Below the pieces are notes generated by a model that was not told the origin of the DNA, did no database searches, and saw only the letters and a program-made list of their open reading frames with translations. DNA of 64,000 nucleotides from an uncultured Eubacteriales bacterium (GTDB taxonomy: Bacteria > Bacillota > Clostridia > Oscillospirales > Acutalibacteraceae). This document shows positions 27,890 through 35,623 of the stretch, piece after piece. The number at the start of each line of letters is the position of its first letter. Within the stretch, counting starts at the first letter, position 1. A program made the translations under genes and the position numbers. The DNA is taken from positions 26,723 through 90,722 of the forward strand of contig CAZGPE010000003.1 in assembly GCA_964527585.1 (NCBI GenBank), in the 5' to 3' direction.

Positions 27890-28808
27890 TTTCAGCACCT
27901 GCCTTATCATTTTTTATACGCTTTGAGGAGAATTTCGATTTCCAATAGGGAATTCCGAGGAAAATCGCAACAACGCAGGCTGAAAGAAGTTTAAGGTCGT
28001 TGGCGTTCAAACCGAGTTTAAGAACAACCGCTATAACGATATAGTAAATAACACCGCCGATAACCGCTCCGAGAAGTCTGAGTGCGAAATTTTTGAATAT
28101 TTTTCCGAAAACAACTTCACCGATAATAACTGCGGCAAGACCTATAACAATTGCGCCTCTGCCCATATTTATGTCGGCACAGCCGTTAAACTGTGCAAGA
28201 AGACCGCCGGAAAGAGCGACGATACCGTTTGAAAGAACAAGACCGATTATTTTTCTTGAATCGGTGTTGATGCCGTTTGCTCTTGCCATTGCCTGATTGC
28301 ATCCCGTCGCTCTGATAGAACTTCCGAGTTCCGTTCCGAAGAACCAGTAGAGAATTGCAATAAGAACGGCAACGAAACAAGCACAGATAAGAATTGTTTT
28401 TCCGAGTTCGTTTGAACTTGAAGTGATTATTAAATCGTAGTTTCTTTTGCTGATAGGGGTGTTTGCTTTACCGCTCATAATTCTGAGGTTTACCGAATAA
28501 AGAGCCAACTGAGTTAAAATTCCGGAAAGAATTGCGGGAATTCCGAATTTTGTGTGTAAAATTCCGGTAACCAAACCTGCGATACAACCTGCTGCGAAAG
28601 CGACGATAAGCGCAATTCTGACATCAATGCCGTTTACGGTTAAAACAACGAGAACCGCACCGCCCGTACCGAATGAACCGTCAACTGTCAAATCGGCAAG
28701 ATCGAGGATTCTGTATGTAATATATACGCCGATAGCCATAATACCCCATATCAGTCCTTGTGCTATCGGGGAAGGAAGAGACTGAATAAACTGTAAAATC
28801 TGTGTCAT
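27882..28808 (-). CDS. ABC transporter permease (BPD_transp_2-like, partner of a PF04392-type binding protein)
   Basis: 308-aa, roughly 9-TM protein placed between the binding protein and the ATPase. Confidence 0.88.
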   Translation of the reverse strand: MTQILQFIQSLPSPIAQGLIWGIMAIGVYITYRILDLADLTVDGSFGTGGAVLVVLTVNGIDVRIALIVAFAAGCIAGLVTGILHTKFGIPAILSGILTQLALYSVNLRIMSGKANTPISKRNYDLIITSSSNELGKTILICACFVAVLIAILYWFFGTELGSSIRATGCNQAMARANGINTDSRKIIGLVLSNGIVALSGGLLAQFNGCADINMGRGAIVIGLAAVIIGEVVFGKIFKNFALRLLGAVIGGVIYYIVIAVVLKLGLNANDLKLLSACVVAIFLGIPYWKSKFSSKRIKNDKAGAENA

Positions 28809-28828
28809 AAAAACTCCTTAAAACAAAG

Positions 28829-28860
28829 GTTAAAGCGATAAGGTGTCTTATCGCTTTAAC
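28829..28860 (-). promoter_or_regulatory. Intercistronic 14-bp perfect hairpin between the binding-protein and permease genes
   Basis: GTTAAAGCGATAAG-ACAC-CTTATCGCTTTAAC followed by CTTTGTTTT on the coding strand. It is a likely partial terminator or mRNA stabiliser. Confidence 0.7.
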
Positions 28861-28878
28861 AAATATTATGTTAATTGA

Positions 28879-29865
28879 TTATTCGGCACTGATTACGATT
28901 TCTTCGTATGTGTCCGGAATTGAAACACCGATTGCATCGGCACGGGATTTAAGATATTTTTTAGTTGTTGTCTGAGCATAAGCAATATCCATCTCTGCGG
29001 GATTTGCACCGTTTACGAGGATTTCGTATGCCATCAAACCTGCTTTATATCCTATATCGTAGTAACTGATGGAAAGAGTTGCCACACCGCATCCCTTACA
29101 AATTCCTTCTTCACCTGCGATGATCGGAACTTTTGCCGGCTCAGTAACCGAATTGATAAGTTCGGAGTTTGAAGCCGCTGTGTTATCAGTGGGAATATAA
29201 ATTGCACCGCATTCCGAAACCGCTGTTGTAGCGACCGAGAGAACATCGTTGGTATCGGTAAAAGTATATGCTTTTACTTCATATCCGAGATTTTTAAGTT
29301 CGGCTTCAACAATATCAGACTGGTATTTTGAGTTCGGTTCTGCGGAGCAGTAGAGAATACCGACTTTTTTTGCATCGGGAGCGATTTCTTTTATCATAGC
29401 GGCTTGCTCGGTAAGGGGAGCGAGGTCTGCCGTACCGGTGATATTGATACCGGTTTTTCCGTTCCAGTCTTTAATTCCCAAAGCGGTAGCATAATCTGTG
29501 ATTGATGTGCCGATTATCGGAATTGTGTCGGTTGCTTCGGCTGCGGCGGTAAGAGCACCGGTTGCGTTAGCGAGAATAAGGTCAACATCATCGCTTACAA
29601 ATTTAGAAACGATTGTTGTGCAGTTTGTAGCTTCGCCGGAAGCATTTTGCTCATCAAATTCAACTTTATCACCGAGTTTTTCGGTAAGAGCATCCTTAAA
29701 GCCTTTTGTTGCGGCATCGAGTGCATCGTGCTGAACAAGTTGGCATATACCGACTTTGTATACTTTAGCATCGCTTGAAGTGTCGTTGGTACAAGCGGTA
29801 AAGCAAGCAACAACAAGAACTGCAACAAGCAAAACGCTGATTACTGATTTCATTGTCTTTTTCAT
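28879..29865 (-). CDS. ABC transporter substrate-binding lipoprotein (ABC_sub_bind / PF04392-like)
   Basis: MKKTMKSVISVLLVAVLVVACFTAC is a lipoprotein signal with a lipobox Cys, followed by a periplasmic-binding fold (KVGICQLVQHDALD). The start was trimmed to the ATG ending at 29865. Confidence 0.85.
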   Translation of the reverse strand: MKKTMKSVISVLLVAVLVVACFTACTNDTSSDAKVYKVGICQLVQHDALDAATKGFKDALTEKLGDKVEFDEQNASGEATNCTTIVSKFVSDDVDLILANATGALTAAAEATDTIPIIGTSITDYATALGIKDWNGKTGINITGTADLAPLTEQAAMIKEIAPDAKKVGILYCSAEPNSKYQSDIVEAELKNLGYEVKAYTFTDTNDVLSVATTAVSECGAIYIPTDNTAASNSELINSVTEPAKVPIIAGEEGICKGCGVATLSISYYDIGYKAGLMAYEILVNGANPAEMDIAYAQTTTKKYLKSRADAIGVSIPDTYEEIVISAE

Positions 29866-30008
29866 AATGGTCTTTCCCTTCACGGTTTATTTGATTTAGC
29901 GATTTTAACCGCTAAAGCGTGATTTAATTATATTCATATATTCGGCGCTTGTCAATAGTTTTTTGAATAAAAATACATAAAAATGTAAATTTATTCTTTC
30001 CGTGAAAA

Positions 30009-30038
30009 AAGGATATACGGCAATTTGCGTATATCCTT
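30009..30038 (-). terminator. Terminator of the ArsR-nitroreductase operon
   Basis: AAGGATATACG / CGTATATCCTT stem followed by a T-run on the minus strand. Confidence 0.8.
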
Positions 30039-30047
30039 TGGCAATGT

Positions 30048-30701
30048 TTATTTAACTTTTTTGTTAACCGCTGTTTCGAAATGATATTTTGCAATACCGA
30101 GATCGACTTTTGTATAGAAACCTTTTCCGGCTTTTGCTTTAACCGAACCGTCGGGGAGAAGTTCAAAGTAGAATTTCTGCTGGTTCATTGCGGTAGGTGC
30201 GAGTAAAGCCGCTTCAACGCCTTTTTTGAACCATTCGGGACTTGTTGAGGAATAGTTGCTTACTTCGGACAAATTTTTGCTTTTGTGAGCAACGCCTTCA
30301 ACTTGAGCATATCCGATCGGAATTATGCATCCGGCTTTTTCTCCTTTTTCAACAATTGCCTTGCTTTTTCCGTGAGTCATCGCAACCCAGCAGGTATTCA
30401 AGCCCATTTCTTCGGCTTTCAAAATAAGCATTTCTCCGTAATAACCGAGAAGTTCATCGAGATTATCCGATTTCTTTCCTACAAGTGTGATATAGTTGTT
30501 AACACCGCTGAATTTTCCGTAGTGTGCCATAAAAGAGTCAAAACATTTCGGTTCATTGTAAAAAATCTGTATGTGCAATCCGGCTTTTTCGTTTATTTGA
30601 GAAATGAGCGAATTAAGTATATTTCGCTTTTCTTCTTCAATAGGCTCTTGAGTGTATTGGCGGACGCTGTGTCTTGATTCGATAATTTTGTTAAAGTCCA
30701 T
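30048..30701 (-). CDS. Nitroreductase-family flavoprotein
   Basis: MDFNKIIESRHSVRQY is the signature nitroreductase N-terminus. 217 aa. Confidence 0.88.
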   Translation of the reverse strand: MDFNKIIESRHSVRQYTQEPIEEEKRNILNSLISQINEKAGLHIQIFYNEPKCFDSFMAHYGKFSGVNNYITLVGKKSDNLDELLGYYGEMLILKAEEMGLNTCWVAMTHGKSKAIVEKGEKAGCIIPIGYAQVEGVAHKSKNLSEVSNYSSTSPEWFKKGVEAALLAPTAMNQQKFYFELLPDGSVKAKAGKGFYTKVDLGIAKYHFETAVNKKVK

Positions 30702-30703
30702 AT

Positions 30704-31078
30704 TTATTCTCCGTTTCTTTCGTTTGTGTTTTGACTCGGCAATGTTTTTGAAATTTCCATTGCAAGCAAAAGTGTGCCGTTAAGCCGTTCGAACGCTTCC
30801 ATTTTCGGATCGAAGAAGTAATAATTTTTAGTCCCTTCTTTTCGGACTTTCAATATTCCGGCATCTTTCAGAATTTGTAAATGATGCGATACCGCAGGGC
30901 GAGACAGATTTGTTTTTTCGGTTATTTTTCCGACACGCACTCCGTTACATTCTCCCATTTGCATCATTTCCAAAATCAAATGCTGTCTTGTTTCGTCTCC
31001 GATTGCCGTGAGAATTTTTGAGCAGTCAGAAAAACTTTTTGCAAGTTGGGGAATTTTGTTGTTTGTTTGCATAATCAT
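30704..31078 (-). CDS. ArsR/SmtB-family transcriptional regulator
   Basis: ILTAIGDETRQHLILEMMQ...LSRPAVSHHLQILKDAGIL is an ArsR-type wHTH. Confidence 0.9.
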   Translation of the reverse strand: MIMQTNNKIPQLAKSFSDCSKILTAIGDETRQHLILEMMQMGECNGVRVGKITEKTNLSRPAVSHHLQILKDAGILKVRKEGTKNYYFFDPKMEAFERLNGTLLLAMEISKTLPSQNTNERNGE

Positions 31079-31180
31079 TCCTCTCTTTCGTCTAAACGGA
31101 TTAACCGTAAACAGTATAGCACAAATTTTTTATAAAAGTTTATCGGTAAAGAAAATCGAGACGGATATTTTTTCAAAGAA

Positions 31181-31207
31181 AAACCACCGGCATCAAGCCG
31201 GTGGTTT
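31181..31207 (-). terminator. Terminator after the LUD-domain gene
   Basis: AAACCACCGGC / GCCGGTGGTTT stem followed by a T-run on the minus strand. Confidence 0.85.
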
Positions 31208-31209
31208 GA

Positions 31210-31839
31210 TTAGAAACCGATTTCATCGTTTACCAATATAATATGTATTCTGTCTTTGTGCCTTGAAGCTCTTGTGATAAGGAACTGACAGCATATTGTG
31301 TCGGGAGATTTACAGTTTAAGCAAGAACCTGTTTTCGAACACGGAGTGTCGAGATTAAAACGCTGAGCGTTTATCGGTGCGGCAATGTTTCTCGCTCTTT
31401 TAATTGCCGAATCGACATCTTTTGCGACTTTGTTCATTCCTACGATAAGTACGACTTTTTTCGGGCCGTAGGCATAAGCTGATATACGGTTGGAATTGCC
31501 GTCGATATTTATAAGTATTCCGTCTTCGGTAATAGCGTTAACACTTCCGAAAAAAACATCGCTGTCATATGCTTCGAGTTCTGCTTTTCGTTTGTCGTCG
31601 GCGGCGTTTCTGTCAATATAATTGTATTTTCCGCTTTTGATTTCGGGCATAAGTCCTATTTCTTCAATTGAAACAGAACCGCCGTGTGCGATTTTACATC
31701 CGTCAAAAAGCATCGAAACGGCAATTTCTTTTGCTGTTTCTTTATCGGGAGCATAATATCCCGTCATATTTCTCGATTGCAGACCTTTAATTACGGTTTG
31801 TGCAAGTAACTCGTTCCTTTTGAATTTGTTTTCGTTCAT
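31210..31839 (-). CDS. LUD-domain (DUF162, LutC/YkgG-like) protein with a C-terminal Cys cluster
   Basis: 209 aa with GSVSIEEIG, NAITEDGILINIDGNGNR-like and IVGMNKV motifs, and a CSKTGSCLNCKSPDTICC tail. Confidence 0.75.
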   Translation of the reverse strand: MNENKFKRNELLAQTVIKGLQSRNMTGYYAPDKETAKEIAVSMLFDGCKIAHGGSVSIEEIGLMPEIKSGKYNYIDRNAADDKRKAELEAYDSDVFFGSVNAITEDGILINIDGNSNRISAYAYGPKKVVLIVGMNKVAKDVDSAIKRARNIAAPINAQRFNLDTPCSKTGSCLNCKSPDTICCQFLITRASRHKDRIHIILVNDEIGF

Positions 31840-31861
31840 TAAAATCGCTCCTTATATAAAA

Positions 31862-33025
31862 TTACATTGTTTTTATGATTTCGTCGGCAAGTTCTTCAAG
31901 TTCGCTCATTGTCGAGTCGGTAAGTCTTGTTTTTATTGATACTGTTTTTTCGATATTCTTAATATTTTGCATTTTTTCGAATTCGCTTTTCATAGTACGG
32001 ATTGCCGACGGAGCCCAACTTGAGTTTTCGATGAAAGCGACGGTTCTGTTTTGAAAAGACTTTGACTGAAGATGGTGAATATAATCACTCATCGGTGCGA
32101 ATACTCCGGCATCGTAACTTGAAGCCATACACACAAGATGGCTGTAACGAAAAGCGTCGGAAACGCATTTCGAAAGCGGAGTTTTTGTAAGGTCGTCTAA
32201 AAGAATGTTTTCAACGCCCTTTTCTTTTAGTATTTGCTTTAATTTTTCGGCGGCGTAAAGAGTGTTGCCGTGGATGGATGCACAACAAATTAAAACACCG
32301 TTTGTTTCGGGTGTATAGGAAGACCATTTGTCATATAAATCCAATACCTGAGGGATGCTTTCGGTTAATATCGGACCGTGAAGCGAGCAGATTGTTTTGA
32401 TTTCGAGAGTTGCGGCTTTTTTCAAAAGAGACTGTACCTGCTTACCGTATTTTCCGACAATATTTATATAGTATCTTCTTGCTTCGTCAACCCAGTTTTC
32501 GTCGGCATCAACTGTTCCGAATTTTCCGAAACCGTCTGCCGAAAATAAAACTTTATCATTGCTTTCGTAACTTACCATAACTTCGGGCCAGTGAACCATA
32601 GGCGCCATAACGAAGGTAAGCGTATGTTTTCCGAGACAAAGGGTGTCGTTTTCTTTAACGGATATTACTCTGTCTGATGAAACATCGCAAAAATTAGGCA
32701 GCATTTTTAATGCGGAAGCAGAGCATACGATTTTCATTTGCGGAAATTTATCCGCAAGTGTGTTTATTCCGGCGCTGTGATCGGGTTCAAGATGATGAAC
32801 AATCAAATAGTCGGGGATAACCGAGCCTAATTCGTTATCAATGTTTTCAATCCATCTTTCAACGGCGATTTTATCCACCGTATCCATAATTGCGGTTTTT
32901 TCGTCAAAAATAATATAAGAGTTATATGCCATACCGTTTTCGAGTTTGTATTGGCCTTCGAAAAGAGAGATTTCGTAATCGTTTACGCCGATATATTTAA
33001 TATCATCGCTAATATATGTGTTCAT
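31862..33025 (-). CDS. Flavodiiron protein (FprA-type; metallo-beta-lactamase plus flavodoxin)
   Basis: HLEPDHSAG di-iron motif and a C-terminal flavodoxin-like domain (VLICCASIHGNT). 387 aa. Confidence 0.88.
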   Translation of the reverse strand: MNTYISDDIKYIGVNDYEISLFEGQYKLENGMAYNSYIIFDEKTAIMDTVDKIAVERWIENIDNELGSVIPDYLIVHHLEPDHSAGINTLADKFPQMKIVCSASALKMLPNFCDVSSDRVISVKENDTLCLGKHTLTFVMAPMVHWPEVMVSYESNDKVLFSADGFGKFGTVDADENWVDEARRYYINIVGKYGKQVQSLLKKAATLEIKTICSLHGPILTESIPQVLDLYDKWSSYTPETNGVLICCASIHGNTLYAAEKLKQILKEKGVENILLDDLTKTPLSKCVSDAFRYSHLVCMASSYDAGVFAPMSDYIHHLQSKSFQNRTVAFIENSSWAPSAIRTMKSEFEKMQNIKNIEKTVSIKTRLTDSTMSELEELADEIIKTM

Positions 33026-33141
33026 ATTTTTTCTCCTTAAAAATAACTTACTATATTATAATGTTTTTTGGAAAAGCCGTCAATATTCTCCGCACCTTGA
33101 TTAAATTTACATATCGGTAACAAAATATATTCGCTGAAAAG

Positions 33142-33170
33142 TTGAGCGCTTTTTAATTTTGTGTTATACT
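33142..33170 (+). promoter_or_regulatory. Promoter of the GH2 operon
   Basis: TTGAGC, a 17-nt spacer ending in TGTG, then TATACT. Its position excludes the ORF-track ATG at 33161 as the start codon. Confidence 0.55.
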
Positions 33171-33202
33171 TTAATATAAATACTTTTGAGAGGTGTTGTA
33201 CC

Positions 33203-35392
33203 GTGAGAAATATTAAAACAATAAATTCATTATGGAATTTTACAAAAAACGGCGAAACCGTAACTGTTGATTTGCCTCATACTTGGAACGGAGACGACGG
33301 TCAGGACGGCGGAAACGATTATTTTCGTGGGACCTGTATATACGAAAAAACTCTTTCAAAAGACGAATTGCCTCAGGGCGATGAGATTTATCTTCAGTTT
33401 GATGGGGTAAATTCAACGGCAAATGTGTTTTTTAACGGAGAAAAACTTATAACGCATAACGGCGGATATTCTACATTCAGAGTCCGTCTCGATAATATCA
33501 AAGAAACTAATACAATAAAAGTCGAAGCCGATAATTCACCGAGCGATACGGTTTATCCTCAACACGCAGACTTTACTTTTTACGGCGGAATATACAGAAG
33601 CGTATCTCTTATCGGAGTGCCGAAAAATCATTTTGACCTTGACTATTACGGCTCGCCGGCAATTGCGGTTACTTCCGAAATCAAACAGAACAAAGCAACG
33701 GTTAATGTGAAAACATTCGTACACGGCAACGGTGAAGTTTATGTAAGCGTTGACGGAAAAGAACTTGTCGGTACCGATGTTACATTTGAAATCGAAAATC
33801 CGCATTTGTGGAACGGAACCGAAGATCCGTATTTGTATCAGGCGAATGCACGACTTGTTGTTGATGGGGAAACCGCCGATGAAATTTCAACAAAATTCGG
33901 TATTCGTTCATATAAGATAGATGCTGAAAAAGGATTTATTCTTAACGGGAAAGAATATGCTTTAAGAGGCGTTTCACGGCATCAGGATCGTCCGCATATA
34001 GGAAACGCATTGACTTTTGAGCATCACAAAGAAGATATTGACCTCATTTGCGAAATGGGGGCTAATACGGTAAGACTTGCACATTATCAGCATTCTCAGG
34101 ATTTTTACAATCTTTGCGATGAAAAAGGTCTTGTTGTATGGGCTGAAATTCCGTATATTTCACAGCACCTCGAAAACGGTGTTGATAATACGAAATCGCA
34201 GATGACAGAACTTATAATTCAGAATTATAACCATCCTTGTATAGTTGTATGGGGGCTTTCCAACGAAATCACGATGAGCGGAAGCAGTAAAGCCATTGTC
34301 GATAACCATAAAATATTAAATGATTTGGCACATTCTCTCGATAAAACACGCCCTACTTGTGTAGCGGTTGTTACAACTTGCGCAATCGAAGATGAGTATG
34401 TTCATATAAGCGATGTCGTTTCATATAACCATTATTTCGGATGGTACGGCGGAAATGTCGATATGTATGGCCCGTGGTTCGATAAATTCCATAAAAAATA
34501 TCCGAATACTCCGATCGGAATAAGCGAATACGGTTGCGAAGCTCTTAATTGGCATACAAGCAATCCCGAACAGGGCGATTATACCGAAGAATATCAGGCT
34601 TATTATCATGAAGAGGTAATTAAACAGATAATCGACCGTCCGTATCTTTGGGCAACTCATGTATGGAATATGTTCGATTTCGCAGCCGATGCAAGAGCCG
34701 AAGGCGGAGAAAACGGAATGAACCATAAAGGTCTTGTTACATTTGACCGAAAATACAAAAAAGACAGTTTCTATGCTTATCAGGCTTGGCTGAGCGATAA
34801 ACCGATGCTTCATATTTGCGGAAAACGCTATACGGACAGGGTTGAGGATAAGACAAGCGTAACCGTTTATTCGAATATGGACGAAGTTGAACTTTTTGTC
34901 AATTCAAAGAGTGTAGAAAAGCAGAAAAAAGGAAAATATCCGTTTTTCAAATTCGAAGTTGACAATATCGGAGAAAGCATAATTACCGCAAAGGCGGGGG
35001 ATCTCACCGATGAAACGGTAATAAGAAAAACCGAAACTTTCAATGAAGCGTACCGAATGAAAGAAGAAGGAGCGGTAATAAATTGGTTTGAAATCAATAC
35101 TCCTACGGGGTACTGTTCCGTAAACGATACGGTAGGCGATATAATGTCTACCTTTACGGGAAAAATCGCAATGCTTCGTGTTGCGAAAATAATGCTCGAC
35201 GCTTTGAAGGATAAATCTTCTTCCGGCAAAAAGAAAGAAAAAAGCGTTGCCGGATTCAGCATAAGTAAAGGTATGATTAAACTTGCCTACGGATTTACCG
35301 TCAAGAGAGCAATTTCTATGCTCGGTGGTAAATTTACCAAAGAACAAATCCTTAAAATCAACGATATACTCAATAAAGTAAAGAAGAAATAA
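33203..35392 (+). CDS. Glycoside hydrolase family 2 (beta-galactosidase/beta-glucuronidase-like), cytoplasmic
   Basis: GTG start behind GAGAGGTG. It has a GH2 sugar-binding N-domain, the acid/base WGLSNE and the nucleophile ISEYGCE. There is no signal peptide, and the last roughly 95 aa form a Lys-rich C-terminal extension. Confidence 0.88.
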   Translation: MRNIKTINSLWNFTKNGETVTVDLPHTWNGDDGQDGGNDYFRGTCIYEKTLSKDELPQGDEIYLQFDGVNSTANVFFNGEKLITHNGGYSTFRVRLDNIKETNTIKVEADNSPSDTVYPQHADFTFYGGIYRSVSLIGVPKNHFDLDYYGSPAIAVTSEIKQNKATVNVKTFVHGNGEVYVSVDGKELVGTDVTFEIENPHLWNGTEDPYLYQANARLVVDGETADEISTKFGIRSYKIDAEKGFILNGKEYALRGVSRHQDRPHIGNALTFEHHKEDIDLICEMGANTVRLAHYQHSQDFYNLCDEKGLVVWAEIPYISQHLENGVDNTKSQMTELIIQNYNHPCIVVWGLSNEITMSGSSKAIVDNHKILNDLAHSLDKTRPTCVAVVTTCAIEDEYVHISDVVSYNHYFGWYGGNVDMYGPWFDKFHKKYPNTPIGISEYGCEALNWHTSNPEQGDYTEEYQAYYHEEVIKQIIDRPYLWATHVWNMFDFAADARAEGGENGMNHKGLVTFDRKYKKDSFYAYQAWLSDKPMLHICGKRYTDRVEDKTSVTVYSNMDEVELFVNSKSVEKQKKGKYPFFKFEVDNIGESIITAKAGDLTDETVIRKTETFNEAYRMKEEGAVINWFEINTPTGYCSVNDTVGDIMSTFTGKIAMLRVAKIMLDALKDKSSSGKKKEKSVAGFSISKGMIKLAYGFTVKRAISMLGGKFTKEQILKINDILNKVKKK

Positions 35393-35407
35393 ACTGCGGA
35401 GAGAATT

Positions 35408-35611
35408 ATGGCGAAAATAAGATTGAATACAGATGAAGAAATCGTAAACACTGTAAAGCAAGGCTTGAAAATGCGTGGCGGTTACTGTCCTTGCAGGATT
35501 GAGAAAAAGGAAGAATACAGATGTATTTGCGAAGAATTCAAACAGCAGATAGCCGATCCCGATTTTGAGGGATACTGCCATTGTAAACTTTATTATAAAG
35601 AAAAAGACTGA
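35408..35611 (+). CDS. Mini ferredoxin:thioredoxin-reductase catalytic-subunit-like protein
   Basis: 67 aa with GGAGAG RBS. YCPCR-x10-CIC-x16-CHC resembles the CPC...CPC...CHC cluster/disulfide motif of the FTR beta chain. Confidence 0.6.
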   Translation: MAKIRLNTDEEIVNTVKQGLKMRGGYCPCRIEKKEEYRCICEEFKQQIADPDFEGYCHCKLYYKEKD

Positions 35612-35623
35612 TAGGAGATAAAA

